A DNA stretch of 63,546 nucleotides, the filler included, from Guillardia theta CCMP2712 (taxonomy: Eukaryota > Protista > Cryptophyta): the NCBI RefSeq assembly GCF_000315625.1. It is 4 parts of 4 records of this genome, joined end to end, with 100 filler letters (N's around TTAATTAATTAA, not from the genome) between each part and the next. Parts side by side here need not be neighbours in the genome. Positions count along the whole stretch, not along the records: positions 1 to 26,166 come from NW_005434373.1; positions 26,267 to 36,559 come from NW_005434638.1; 2 more parts are not named here. One strand, 5' to 3'. Shown piece after piece: positions 13,211 to 30,172 of this stretch. The position numbers and the translations under genes are program-made. The notes below the pieces were generated by a model. The model searched no databases, was not told where the DNA came from, and saw only the letters and a program-made list of their open reading frames with translations. The stretch's first letter is position 1. Every line of letters starts with the position of its first letter.

Positions 13211-15122
13211 TTAAGCGACTATCTCCGGAGTTTCAGTTGCAAGGAATTCGGACGTTCTTTGAACCTGCAACACGGTTTGAACACAATTGTTTGATGGCCA
13301 AACGAGCCCAAACAAACCTTTTCCATCCAATCCGAGAGCTTCACCAAATGCTTTTTGATGGCTTCTTTGTCAACCACACGAGGCTGTATTGGGAAGAATC
13401 AAATTACGACATGACAAGCAATGAGAAACGAATGGCTAAATAGATAAGGAATCAAGTTTGCTTTCCACACCTGAACCCATGTGACCAAGAATGTGTTCTC
13501 CACGCCCGAAATTGTTCCCTACACCGTAGTCACCTCAGTGCATCACTAACACAACATAGAGCACCTTCACGATTCCAAGTGACAAGCTTTTCATGACCAG
13601 AAGCTCGACTTCATCTTCCGGAAGTTTTGTACGTTCAGCTTTCAACTGGCTCAGAAACGCGGGGAGGGTCACATGAGTGAAAGTTACCAATAGGCGCGAA
13701 TGAAACCGTTCTCGAATCTGCTGGTATGTCTCTGCACCGAAGTGTCAAAGCTACTCGGAACCACGCACCATATGTTGCCTCAAAAGCTCTAACAGCGCAA
13801 AGATGCGGATTTTCTCGCGCAAGCGCTGACCCAAAGATATCAGACAAAGGTCAGCTAGAAGGATCATCATTTCACCTGCGCATTTCCGATAAGAGCAGGT
13901 TGCTGCTGGATTGCTGCTGCATTCTCTGTGGAAACCTGATTCGACGTCAGTTCCAATGACGTCATTGGTTCCTATAACCCTCTCAAATTCAGCAATGTCG
14001 CCCTTGTTGAAGGTATGAAGAAGGTCAACCATCCATTCTCCAGCTGTGCCCTGCCAAGGCAGTTGACCAACAGGCTTTGAATAAGCAAACAAGAGTTTGC
14101 CTTAAGGCTTTGGAGTATGGGATGCAACAATAATTCGCCGAACTAAGTCGAGGCCGTCACTCTTGCGGAAGTCATTGGGGATGGCTGACCTGATAAATCT
14201 TCTCTGCGCAGATTGCTGCTAATCCCAGATCGAACGCCAACGCCTACAGTATTCACGAAATCATAAAACCCGAAGAACTTGAACTAAAACATGTCCACGC
14301 ACTTGTCGCTTCTCTTCCGACAGTGACTCCAAGGGTGTGTATGCAAGGTACAACAAAGAACTCTTGTAAAATTCCCCAGCATCGCCGAGAGTCTGATATA
14401 CGATCAACGACATGGAAGTAAACCAGTCTAGGATCCGTAACCTTGTGTAGCAATGAAGACACAAGATAAAATGATGAGTTCACATTCGCATCGACCTCAG
14501 CAAAGTCTACAAGAACATCCTTGCACTCCTATTGCTCCCTCATTAGTTCCCTTCAAGGCATCTCCACATACCTCGAGTTTGCTCTTTGCAGTATCTATTT
14601 TTCCAGATTGCAAGAAGCGGCGTGAGATCTCTAACCGCACTAGAAGATACGCTTCTTTGTCGGATTCGAGGCTCGTTCCAACCTGTTCGAGGTATGCGAT
14701 GGCTGACTTGATGCCTTCCTCGGAGTCTCCATATTGCAAAGACACCCTTATGCACAACGAAGCATGCTTCACAGGGTTCATCTTCGACGCAAACCCCGTC
14801 CATGGTGCTGAAGAGGGCTGTTGGATGGTCATTGCATGCAAAGACATTGACTTGTCAAATTACCTGGTCCGCCACAACCTCGTTGTAAAGTGTGATCAGA
14901 TCCTTGTTGCCCTACGACACAGGCTGAGAACAAGAACATCTCTTCACGCAAACAGGACTCTACCTCCTCGGAGAAGCATGGGTCTCTGCAGAGCTCCTCC
15001 AGTGCAAGGGTCGCTTGATGCCATAGCTTGTTGGACGCAGAGCTTTGAATCTTGTCATACATCGCAGCAAGGTGCGAATGGCACGCTTTTTGTGTCTCAA
15101 GCGCGGGAATGGGCGTAGCCAT
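13211..15122 (-). CDS. RPN9: 26S proteasome lid subunit RPN9/PSMD13 (multi-exon)
   Basis: NKLWHQATLAL, FASKMNPVK, EFYKSSLLYLAY, FGELLLHPIL, LREKIRIFALLEL, EVELLVMKSLSLG, VTWVQPRV; stop after TETPEIVA. Confidence 0.93.
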
Positions 15123-15723
15123 CGTCTATCACACAAAAAACCTTTCAGCCACAGAGCATTTAAACATGCCATAGTCATTGACTTGAACATTCGTCGAAAT
15201 AAAATAATCCGCATGAGTCAGATTCTTTGGCGAAGACGCTCACTCCAAGCTTCCAAACTCCTCTAGTTCTCTTCCTGGGAAGTTTTTTTGGAATCTGGCA
15301 TATCTTTTGTAGTTTCTTCTCGCTTGCTTCCTTGAGTCCTTCTCTGTCTTTGATGTTTCATCTTATCATGCTGGTTTAAATTTTCCTCTCCCCCCTTCAT
15401 CCCTGCCTCCATTCCTTCCCGGTTTCCCTTCTTCAACATTCTTTCTTCGTCACTCCTTATGATCGCGTCTCTCGCCTCTCTTTCTCCCCTCTCCCTGTCC
15501 TCTCTCTATCTCTTTCTGCGTCTCTCTGTCTCTCTCCTCCTCCCTCTCCTCCCCCCCTTCCCTTCCCTCATCCCCTGCTCGTCGCATTCGCATGTTCTGC
15601 CATGCCAGGTGTCCTTTCCTCGCACATAGCCCCATAGAGCCCCTCATCCCCCCTCATCCCTGCCCTCATCCCCTCACCAAGTACCCCTCATCCCCACCCA
15701 TCCCAGAGGCTCGAAGGGTCAAG

Positions 15724-18655
15724 ATGGTGCGATGGTGGCTCCCGGCGGTGTTGGCGGCAGGTGAGGCGAGAGGGGAGGGAGAGGAGGAGACGCGAGAGCG
15801 AGCACGAGGAGGAAGAGGATGGGGAGATAGATGTGCGAATGTCAGATCATATGGGAGAGAGTTCGAGAAGGAAGAAAGCTCGAGGTGGATGAGTAGAGAG
15901 CAGAGCGATAGGATAGAGGTGGAGGAGGAGCGAGATATTGTTCTCTTCTCATGCATGGAATGGCTGCAGTACTTGTGGCATGTGCGATCTATCAGTTCCC
16001 TTCCTCGCAGACGTGAGTTTCTCCCCTCCTCCCCTCCTCCTTCCCCCCTCTTGTTCCTTTTGGCTTCTTCTCTTTCTCCGCCTTCCCTGGCCCACTCGTT
16101 GCATTCTCAGAGAGCTGGCGGACATCGATGGTCCTTCTCCTCGTGATCCCCCCAGGTGAGCACGAGCTCCTCTGCTTCTTCGCTCACGCTTCTCCTTCTT
16201 GTTCGCGCAGGAGCTCGTGGGCTCGGGAAGGCAAAGGAACTTCAGCGTGGATGGAGCAACACAAGGTAGCAACACTTCTGTTTTAAACTCTTGTTAGTCT
16301 TGCTAGTCATCCCAGTGCTGACTTAAGTAGCAGCGTAAAGTCGTTGTGAAGCATCAGCGAGGGCGACAAGATCGTCCCTTCGACAGGTTGTTCCTCCCTC
16401 CCTTCTTCCTCTGCTTGTTCTCTCTCCCTCTTCCTCTTCCGCGTCTCACTTACCTCCAGCATTCTTCGCAACGTCCCAAGACAAGTATCTGTGGCGCTTG
16501 ACATTCCCATGCTGCGGGTGCAGCAGCTTGAGAAGCAGGTGAAGTATAAGGCCCGCGAGATCGTCACGTCATGACAGCGATGCCTTAGGCGGCCAAGAAG
16601 GTCGCGAAGGCTTCCAAAGCTCAACTCCTTCACTCCCTTCATCGCATCATGCTCGCTGAAGCCAACATAACCGACATGTAACCTCCCTCTCTCCCTCCCT
16701 CTTCCTTGCTTGATTTTGCTTCTTCCTCCTCCTCTCGCGGCTTCTCACCTCCCTCAGGTCTGTTTGCAAAGGCAAGTGGCAGGGATGCGAACCGCTGGCA
16801 AAGAACATCTTGGTGGGACATCATCACAATCTCTCGCCCCCCCCCTTCCTCCTCCGCTCCCCTCCCTCCCTTAACCTCAACGCAGGCTGTGGCGTCAGAG
16901 ATCTCGAGCACGTGCTCGTCCTTGTACTTCAACGAGCAGGAGGTATGTCTCAGCCCTCCTCCTCCTCCTGCCTTCACTCATCCCGTCGCTCTCCCTCAGT
17001 CCTTGCCTCCCTCTCCTCGTTCTCTTCCTCTCTCCTGTTGTCTGTGACGCGTCTCTCTGCTGCAGTACTACAAGTGCGAGAGGAACATCGCTGAGCCCCT
17101 CTGCCTCGACGTCGATCGCGAGTTTCCCTCCATGTGCCGCGAGGGCGGGAAGGTGAGGGAGCGCGAGATAAGCTGGAGGGTCAGCTGGAAGGTGACGAAG
17201 CGCTAGGGGCATGACTACGTGGTCCCGCACGGATACGTCGGAAGTGAAGTGACAGGAGGATGAGGCAAAGAAGCTGGAAACTGAGAGAAGATGACAGGAT
17301 CCCGCAAACATCGAAGGAAATTTCTGCCAGGTGAGAGGGGAGAAGTGGAAGTGGAGAGTACGGAAGGGAAGGAGAAGGTGAAGCAGCAAGGGGAGCAGCA
17401 GCAGGAGCAGGAGCACGAGGAGGAGGAGGAGGAGGAGGAGGAGCAGGAGGAGGATGAGGAGGAGGAGGAGGAGGAGCAGGAGGAGGAGGAAGAGGAGTGG
17501 TCGATGTCTGTGCTGTCCTTGTGACTTCTGGTTGTGTCAGGGTTGCGAGAAGATGAGGACGAGCGGCTGCTTTGACGCGGTGAGGCGTCAGCTGGAGATG
17601 AGCTCAAGTGGTTTGACCCGTGACAGATGTCAACCGTGACCGTGAGAGGCAAGGGAGACATGAGGCTGCTGGACCTGAAGCTGGGAGATGAGGTGGCCTC
17701 AGCTGATGACTACGGTAGCTTCATCTCCTTCCCCTCTCTTCGCCTCAGCCTGTCTCACCTCTTTTGCCTGAACTCGCAGGTTTGTTTGTCTGGTCGCCCG
17801 TCATTTTTATTCACGATCACAAAGAGGACACCAAGATGCGGAGGTTAACTTGTAGTCTCCTGCTGCTGCTGCTGCTGCTGCTGATCATTCCTCGCCTACT
17901 CCCCGACAAGCATCCTTCTTCTCCACTTTTCGCGTTTTCCCCGTCGCAAGTCTAACGCACGTGCAGGGTGAAGTTTGGAGGGGAGGGAGAGAAAGGAGAA
18001 GTCTCGCTCACCGACACTCATCCTCTGCTGCTTGCGGCGGACAAGGACGAGAGCTTCTCGCAGGCTCGTCGAGTGAGGGCGCGAGACATCAAGCAAGGAG
18101 ATCGAATCTTGGTCATGAAGGGAGGCAAAGCTGCTCCCGTTACGGCAAGTCTCCTGCCTCTGCTCCTCTTCCTCTTTCTCTTGGTCATTTTCTTCCTCCA
18201 GGTTGTGGGTTCTTCGCTCTTCTCTTCGCAAGTTCGTTACGTTCTCACTGCCAATGACCGCATCCTCGTTGACGGAGTCGTCGGACCCACTGCCAGGTTC
18301 CCTCCCTCTCTCCTCCCTTCCTTCCTACCTGCCTTGCTTGCTTCCCTCGACACTTTCCTCTCTGGTTCCTCGCCTTGTGATCGCTGACTAGCTTGCAGCA
18401 CCATGTTGGGAGCTGCGGAGACTCTTCCCTTCAAGGCGCTGCATGTCCTCGGACTGCTCGAGGTCGCTCTCTTCCTCTTCTCTCTCGTTGCTCACTCGTC
18501 GCCTTCAGCTCCCTGCAGTCGCTCGCGTCCTGTCGCTCATCCTCGAGTCTCCTGCGCTCTCTTGGTCGGAGTCGCTTCTCGATCGCCTCGCCCCCAAGGC
18601 AGCAGCAGCCGCTGCCCGCGTTCCCTCCCTCCTCTCCTCCCCCTCGTCGTACTAG
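15724..18655 (+). CDS. Secreted Hedgehog-type Hint (Hog) autoprocessing protein (multi-exon)
   Basis: Signal-like MVRWWLPAVLAA. Spliced SG/CFDAMSTVTVRGKGDMRLLDLKLGDEVAS, SPVIFIHDH, SLTDTHPL (TxxH), RARDIKQGDRILV and YVLTANDRILVDGVV match Hog blocks. Confidence 0.85.
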
Positions 18656-18743
18656 ACCCTTGATGCTCGTCTCTCTTCACTCTCTTTGTCAACGTTAACA
18701 AAAACTTGATCCTCCTCCTCCTCCTCCTCCTCCTGCTTTCAGT

Positions 18744-19969
18744 TCACCAGGAGGGCTGGAAACCTCCGTAGACGACAGGCGGCACGAAATGATGAGGCTG
18801 CGAAGGAGTGAGGAGGCAGCAAGGGGAGGAGGAGGGTCGACCTGCTGGGGGCCAATGGGTTGGGTCTTGCCCTGCTGCAGCTGGATGGGATGCTGGCAAG
18901 GAAGTGAGGCAGAGGATGAGGGAAGGAGGGGGGGGTTGACTGACCTGAATGGGGGGCGGGCGGGCGGGCGAGGGCATGGCGGTGGCAGCGGAAGAGGAGG
19001 AGGCTGTGGGGTTCTTGGGGATGTCAGGGGGCAGGGAGCGAGAGAGGTCGCGGAAGAGGAGGAGAAGGTCATGGAACGGCGGTCGCTTCTCCGGCTGACG
19101 GTGCCAGCAGCTCTCCAGCACGCCCACGAGGTCCTTGGGGAGGGTCGGGGGGATGGGAGGCCGATGGTGGAGGACGGCGACGAGGTGAATCATCTGGTGG
19201 TAGGTCTTGTCCGACCATGGCAGGTTCCCCGTCGCCATCTCCCACAGCATCACCCCGAACCCGTACAGGTCCACCTGAACCCCAGCAGTCGTCAGCCCGC
19301 AAACATCGAGGTCGACCACGGCACCAGTCTCTCCCCCCTCCTCCCCCTCCCCAATCTCTTCGCCCCGCACCTTCTCAGAGATCGGCTCGTCTCGCAGCAT
19401 CTCCGGAGCCTGTGACAGTCTTAGGCTTCCTCCTCCTCTCCCCCATCGCCCTCCCATTCCTCCTCGTTGACTTGCCCCCCCCCTCCCCCCGCCATGCCTC
19501 ACCTGATACGCGGGTGTCCCTGCCGTGTTGCTCTTCGTCTCTACGAAGGCGGCATGGCGTAGGCGCGCGAGTCCGAAGTCGCAGAGCTTGACGAGCCCGC
19601 GGTCGTTGACGAGCAGGCAGTTCTGCGGCTTCAGATCGCGGTGGACGATGAGGCGCTCGTGGAGGTACGCCATGGCCTCGCTGATGCCGGAGGAGACCTG
19701 GAGGAGCTGCCAGTAGGTCAGCCGGCACTTCTTCTTGTGCAGGTAGTCGAAGAGGTTGCCGTGCCCCGTCACCATCTCCTGCACCAGGTAGAAGCTTCCT
19801 CCCTCCACGCTCACGCCCAGCAGCTTCACGATCCCCGGGTGCTTCAAGGAGCGCATCATTTCTCCCTCCCGCACGAACTCCGTCATCTGCTCCTTGCTGA
19901 TCCTCCCCTTCATCTTCTTCACCGCACACGCCACCCGCCACTCCCCACTGCAAAAGGCAACGTCACTCC

Positions 19970-20039
<70 letters not shown>

Positions 20040-21067
20040 CCCTCTTGCCTCTCCCCTCTTGCTCTTCAGCTCACCGGAAAACATCGGCGAAACTTCCACT
20101 TCCCAGCAGACCACCGAGCGTGATATCGCTGAACTTGATCCTCCCTGCTTCTATGCTCTCGATGGCCGACTTCGGCTCTGCCCCTCCCCCCTTCCCCTCC
20201 TCCTTGCTCTCCTTGGAGCTTGTTGACCCGCCCTTGCTCTCCTTGGAGCTTGTTGACCCGCCCTTGGCTTCGATCGCAGCCTCCCGTGCTCTCAGCTCCA
20301 TATCCTGTTGCTTCAAGTGATCCCTCCACTTGTGGATCTGCCATAATGTCAAGAGGAGGATGAGGAGGAGCGTGAGGAGGAGGAGGAGATGCAGGCATGG
20401 CCCTCACCTCCTGTTGTTGCTGCATCAGCTTGGCTTCACGAGCCTTCAGCTCTTGCTCCAGCTGATCGAGGGCAGCGCTTCTCTTGTCAAGCGCCTCCTG
20501 GTCGGCCATCAGCTGGGAGCGTTTCGTCTTCAACTCCTCCTCCTGCGCCTTTAGGCTCTGGTGCTGCTGCACCAGCTGCTGCTGCTTGCTCGTCATCGCC
20601 TTGTCCTTCTCGCCCAGTTGCTGCGCCTGCTGCGCTAGCTGCTCCTCTCTGTTCATCACATGCAGCTGATGCCGTCGCAGCCTCTCCTCCTGCATCGCTA
20701 GCTGCCGCTTGTCGGAGGCAGGAAGCTCCTGCTCCTCCAGCAGGGGCTGACGAGCCTGAGGGCGGCCGGCTGCCTTGACCAAGGGGGGCCCGCGGGCCTC
20801 GATGATGACCCTGCGACTGGTCTCGAGGTCGAGGAGGCGATGGCCAACACAGTCGCCGTCCTCAAGGAGGAGGGAGACCGGACGCAGCTCGACCAGATTC
20901 CCTTCCACCATCTCCAGCTGCTGCCCGTTGGACATCTCCACCACCTGCCCGTCCACCATCTCCACGATGCTGCCATTGGGCATCTCCACCACCCGCCCGT
21001 TGGCATTCGACAGCCGAAAGAGTTTCCCGTCTGGCAGCTCGACGATGAGCCCGCTATCGTTCTCCAT
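18744..21067 (-). CDS. TKL-group protein kinase with N-terminal repeats and coiled coil
   Basis: LGSGSFADV, CAVKK, HRDLKPQN, DFG, GTPAYQ-APE and DLYGFGVMLWEM; Q/E-rich coiled coil upstream. Confidence 0.92.
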
Positions 21068-21722
21068 CTCTCAACTTCCTCTTCTTCCTCCTCCTCCTTC
21101 TCCAGGACGTCAGAGCAGACGCTTGCTCCTGCCCTTCGCTCGAGGCTTCCTCACCATCGTGACACCTGTTCATCAAGATTTAAGTGCTTCTTCTGCAACA
21201 GGTCCTCAGGTCTCCTCCTCAGAAGGAGATCAGTGCGCTCATGTGCTTTCTCCCTTCTTCTCTCTCCTTCATCTCTTTGTTAGCTCATCTTCTCTCCTCA
21301 TCTCAACATCTCCTCGCCAACATGCTGTCGTACACCAAGAATCGGACGGGTCCCAACCGTATCGGCTCCTAATCAACCTCTTGATCACCCTCGCGGCAGC
21401 AGCAGCGATGATGACAAATCATCTTCATCCCCTCCATCAAATCATTCCATGTCTTCCTCGTCCTCCTCCTCGTCCTCCTCGTCCTCCTCGTCCTCCTCGT
21501 CCTCCTCGTCCTCCTCGTCCTCCTCTTCCTCCTCGTCCTCCTCGTCCTCCTCGTCCTCCTCAGCCTCCGACTTCTCTTCGTCCTCCTCGTCCACCTCGGG
21601 CATCTGGAAGGTGGTACAGTTTGCCGTGAGCAGGCTGATCTTTTGTTTAGGTCAGCACAAAGGTATATCCAGGAGCGAGCAGCGACGAGCAGAGCAGCTC
21701 AAGCAACATTACCTTTCTCCAG

Positions 21723-21846
21723 GTTCACATTCAGTATCGCAGTGCAGCGCCCGATCTATGAAGGAGTTATCACCAAGTTCGTTCCTCCTTTCGTCATGCT
21801 GGCTCCAACCTTGTACTCCTTCTGGCTGGATCCCACTGTCAACTGG
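21723..21846 (+). CDS. Exon resembling a pentameric ligand-gated ion channel (beta10-M1 segment)
   Basis: FTFSIAVQRPIYEGVITKFVPPFVMLAPTLYSFWLDP follows an AG acceptor and runs into the N-gap. Confidence 0.5.
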
Positions 21847-22813
21847 NNNNNNNNNNNNNNNNNNNNNNNNNNNNNNNNNNNNNNNNNNNNNNNNNNNNNN
21901 NNNNNNNNNNNNNNNNNNNNNNNNNNNNNNNNNNNNNNNNNNNNNNNNNNNNNNNNNNNNNNNNNNNNNNNNNNNNNNNNNNNNNNNNNNNNNNNNNNNN
22001 NNNNNNNNNNNNNNNNNNNNNNNNNNNNNNNNNNNNNNNNNNNNNNNNNNNNNNNNNNNNNNNNNNNNNNNNNNNNNNNNNNNNNNNNNNNNNNNNNNNN
22101 NNNNNNNNNNNNNNNNNNNNNNNNNNNNNNNNNNNNNNNNNNNNNNNNNNNNNNNNNNNNNNNNNNNNNNNNNNNNNNNNNNNNNNNNNNNNNNNNNNNN
22201 NNNNNNNNNNNNNNNNNNNNNNNNNNNNNNNNNNNNNNNNNNNNNNNNNNNNNNNNNNNNNNNNNNNNNNNNNNNNNNNNNNNNNNNNNNNNNNNNNNNN
22301 NNNNNNNNNNNNNNNNNNNNNNNNNNNNNNNNNNNNNNNNNNNNNNNNNNNNNNNNNNNNNNNNNNNNNNNNNNNNNNNNNNNNNNNNNNNNNNNNNNNN
22401 NNNNNNNNNNNNNNNNNNNNNNNNNNNNNNNNNNNNNNNNNNNNNNNNNNNNNNNNNNNNNNNNNNNNNNNNNNNNNNNNNNNNNNNNNNNNNNNNNNNN
22501 NNNNNNNNNNNNNNNNNNNNNNNNNNNNNNNNNNNNNNNNNNNNNNNNNNNNNNNNNNNNNNNNNNNNNNNNNNNNNNNNNNNNNNNNNNNNNNNNNNNN
22601 NNNNNNNNNNNNNNNNNNNNNNNNNNNNNNNNNNNNNNNNNNNNNNNNNNNNNNNNNNNNNNNNNNNNNNNNNNNNNNNNNNNNNNNNNNNNNNNNNNNN
22701 NNNNNNNNNNNNNNNNNNNNNNNNNNNNNNNNNNNNNNNNNNNNNNNNNNNNNNNNNNNNNNNNNNNNNNNNNNNNNNNNNNNNNNNNNNNNNNNNNNNN
22801 NNNNNNNNNNNNN
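21847..22813. other. Assembly gap
   Basis: Run of Ns. Confidence 1.
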
Positions 22814-23298
22814 ATTCATTTTCACTCTCGGAAACATCATCTATTGTGAGCTGAAATGAATCGGCCTCGACGTCTCTCTGTTCTCCCTACACGATTCGTC
22901 AGCAGAGCTGTGCACACGCTGCAATACACTCACCCGCAAAAGTCGCGCTTCTGAGTATCGCACTGGAAAATTACATTCTTCGTCGACATGGCCCTTCGCC
23001 TGAAGCGTCTAATGTTCGATAATGTGCAATCTTCAGCTTGCAGGAGGCGTAGAGGAGATGAAGGGGAGCAATCGGCAGAAACAGGTCTCCTTGATCATGG
23101 TCGACACCCCGGTAGTCATCCAGCATGATGAAGATGAGACGAGATTTTTCCCAGGGTCTATCTCTGACTCCTCTCCTCCAATTATTCTCCTCCCCTCCTT
23201 CAAGTTTTTCTCTTCTCCCTCCTCCTTCTCTCTTGGCTCTCCTGAGGCCCTCCAGCCCTTCTCTTCTACCGCCAGTGCCAGCACCTCACTCCTTGCAG

Positions 23299-23553
23299 GT
23301 TCGAGGAGGAGCAGGAGGAGGAGGAGGGGGACGATGTTCACGACTCTCCGCGATGAGATCTGGAAGGTTTTCGTGCCTCTTCTTTTCTCGTCCTCCCTCA
23401 CCCTCCTCAGGATCCCTTCCGCTTCTTCTGCGGCGACGACGAGGAAGACGACGAGGTGAGTCCAGCTGTGCTCCTGTTGTCCCGCTGACCTTGGACGGAA
23501 TGAACAGGAAGGAAAGGGTGAGCGAGCTCGCGTCAATGCTGCCTATCCTCTGA
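23299..23553 (+). CDS. Possible SET/NAP1-like C-terminal exons
   Basis: Spliced LRDEIWK-DPFRFF-CGDDEEDDE resembles the SET/NAP IKDDIWPNPLQYY motif plus an acidic tail. Confidence 0.3.
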   Translation, partial: VRGGAGGGGGGRCSRLSAMRSGRFSCLFFSRPPSPSSGSLPLLLRRRRGRRRGESSCAPVVPLTLDGMNRKERVSELASMLPIL

Positions 23554-23763
23554 CCTCATGCAAGAAGGCGAGGAGGAGGAGGAGGAGGAGGAGGAGGGAG
23601 GCGAGGAGGACGGAAACTGATGAGAGGTCGGTCTATGAGCTTTACTTGTTCAATAAACCTGCTGTGAAGCCGACAAAGAGGAGGAGGCAGCGGACGCGAG
23701 AGGGTGCGGGTGAGGGGAGGGCGACGAGCTTGACCTGCCTAGGACGGGCAGCAGGAGAGGGCG

Positions 23764-25762
23764 TTAGCGACCAAACCTCTGAGCTCCGGGGGGACCGGCA
23801 CCTCCCGGCCGCCCTGAGGGCACAATGGGAGGATAAGACGACCGACCTGCCTGTGAGGCCGACGGCTGCTGGGAGGGCTGCTGGGACATGTAGCCCTGTG
23901 CGTCGCTGCTGCTGGCTCCTGCCCCGGAGCTGCCGCGAGTCAAGAAGCTGAGAAGGTCTGCGTTGCTCGGGGCTGAGGCAGAGCTTGTCTCCGACTCGTA
24001 AGCGCGACTGCTAGGCTGCAGCTGCGACGATCCTTGCTGCATGGGCTGCGACGACTGGGGGAGGACGCTGCCCTGCCCGAGCAGAGGGGCCGTGGCTGCG
24101 AGGAGATCCTTCAAGCTATTCACGTCCAGACTGGGAGACGCCGACTGCCCGCCGCCCATGAGCTGACCTTCCATGCCCCCATACGACATCCCCATGCTCT
24201 GACCTGCCATCCCCGACGCAGACGCACTCGGCTGAGGAGGGAGACCCGCACTGTAGCTGCCGCCGGGATAGCTGGAGGCGACGGGATGGGCGTGAGGGGC
24301 AGGCGCGAGGCCCCCGACAGAGGACGAGGGTTGCATCCCCGGGACCGAAGCAGCTGAGGAGAGGAAGGAAGCGGCAGAAGGGAGCTGCCCCGACTGCATC
24401 TTCTGCACCAGGGCTTGGACGAGTTGGGGGTTAGACTGCAGCGCCTGCAACACCTGCGCGCGGGTGGACTCGTTGGAGAGGGCTGAGATGCCTCCGCTGT
24501 TCTGAACCTGCTGGATCAAGCTCTGAAGCATGTCATTCACCGCACCTGGTTGCATGCCCGACCCCATCTTAGGCTGACTTTGACCCCCTGGCATGCTCGT
24601 CGAGCTCGCCGAGTAAGGACCAGGGACGGGACCGTTGCTCCCTCCCATCGGGAGAGGCCCTCCTCTCACACTAGAACCTTGTCCCGAAGGACCCATCGGA
24701 CGGCCGGTCTGCATGGGAAGGGGAGAGGCGCCATGGTTGGGACCCGGGACAGGGGGGCGAGGGTCACGCATCGGAGGGCCGTAAGGATTGCCTCGACCGG
24801 ACTGGCCTCCACCTGACATGGATGCGTGCCCAGACGGACTGGGGCCAACTTGACCGGCGAGCTGCCGGAAGGCTTGCTGGACTGGCATCTCTCGGAACTC
24901 TGCGGACAAGTGCTACTCAGTGAGAAAGAAGAGGAAGCACGCGTCGCTGCTGCCAAGAGGGAGGGGGAAGAACGCTTACCTTCTACCTTGCCGCTCGGCA
25001 GTCTGGTGCCCAACGTGACCGTCTCGGTATGTTCATGACGCCCGCCCACCACCATGATGTGCTTCACTTGGGACTTCTCCGCAGCAGTTTTCAGAGCCTC
25101 AGGCAAATCTGGAAGGTCAACTTCCCGCATCTCGTACAGGAGGTTCAAGTTGGTAATATTTTCTTCAACAAACAGACAGTAACTTCGACCTGCATTATCC
25201 ACGCGCACAACGAAAACATCAATCAGGTTACTGGGAGGCTCGAAGGGAGCCCGAGGATCGCGAGAGCCTCCCCCTCCCCCCGACCGAAAGTCGCCTCGCG
25301 GGTCCCTGTCGCGACCGCGGAACTCTGATCGTGAGAAGTCATCGCCTTTGTGCCTGCGACTGTCGCCGCGAGGAGGCATTCTTTCCTCGCGCTCTCTCTT
25401 GTTGCCTGCGTTTCGATCTGCCCTCCTCTCCTCCTTGCTCCTCACGGCCCGATTGTCAGCCATGTTCACATCGATTCGCAGCCCTCCAATCACAGTTCCG
25501 TTCTCCTTCTCAATGGCTGCCTGCGCTGCGCGGGGATCATCGTACTGCACAAACCCGAAACTCCTTCGGAGCACAGGCGGCTCAGCTAATCTCCCATGTT
25601 TGGAAAATATTCTCTCGATTTCATGCACGCTAGTCTTTTCAGCAGCAAGGTTGCCTATGAACACTCGGCAGAAAGGCGGAAACTGCGATCCATGTTAGAC
25701 TCACGAGATTCTTGACCTGACACGTCTGCCAAACAGGATGTAGTTACCTTGCCAGATGCCAT
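23764..25762 (-). CDS. NCOA5-like RNA-binding protein (RRM, anticodon-binding-like domain, low-complexity tail)
   Basis: RRM CRVFIGNL..SFGFVQY..AQAAIEKENG, RD-rich linker, VFVVRVDNAGRSYCLFVE..HIMVVGGRHEHTETVTL, then a G/P/Q/S-rich C-terminus. Confidence 0.75.
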
Positions 25763-26317
25763 GACACTATCACGAAAACTTCAAAACCACCGATACTTGA
25801 AGGTCTGAGTGAGAGCCGTCAACCACAGACCATCGAAACCTATCTGATTGATAAAAGTGCAAACAAGCTAGAAAATTCCTAACAATTGTACTCCTTCTGC
25901 TATCGTTTCTCCCTCTCCTTTCTGTACCCTATCTGCTCTCCTTTGTTTCATTATAGCTCTCTAGCTCCCCCCCCACCCCCCCCACCCCTTTCCCTCCCTC
26001 TCTCCTTCAACTGTTCTCTCATCGCTCTCCCCAATCTCCTCTCTCTTTTCACCTCGCTCCTCTCCCCTCACTCCATTCTCTTTGTGCCCTCTCCCCCGCC
26101 CGCCCCGTCTCTATCCTCTCCTTTCTCTCTCTGCTTTCTCCACACATCATCACATCTCTCTTACCCNNNNNNNNNNNNNNNNNNNNNNNNNNNNNNNNNN
26201 NNNNNNNNNNTTAATTAATTAANNNNNNNNNNNNNNNNNNNNNNNNNNNNNNNNNNNNNNNNNNNNAGGAGGAGGAGGAGGAGGAGGAGGAGGAGGAGGA
26301 GGAGGAGGAGGAGACAC

Positions 26318-30172
<3,855 letters not shown>

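Noticed and set aside
21449-22854. ORFs spanning X runs
   Set aside because: Their length is an artifact of the N-gap.
26211-26222. TTAATTAATTAA islands inside N-gaps (also at 36604 and 59173)
   Set aside because: An identical all-frame-stop spacer centred in gaps is an assembly artifact.
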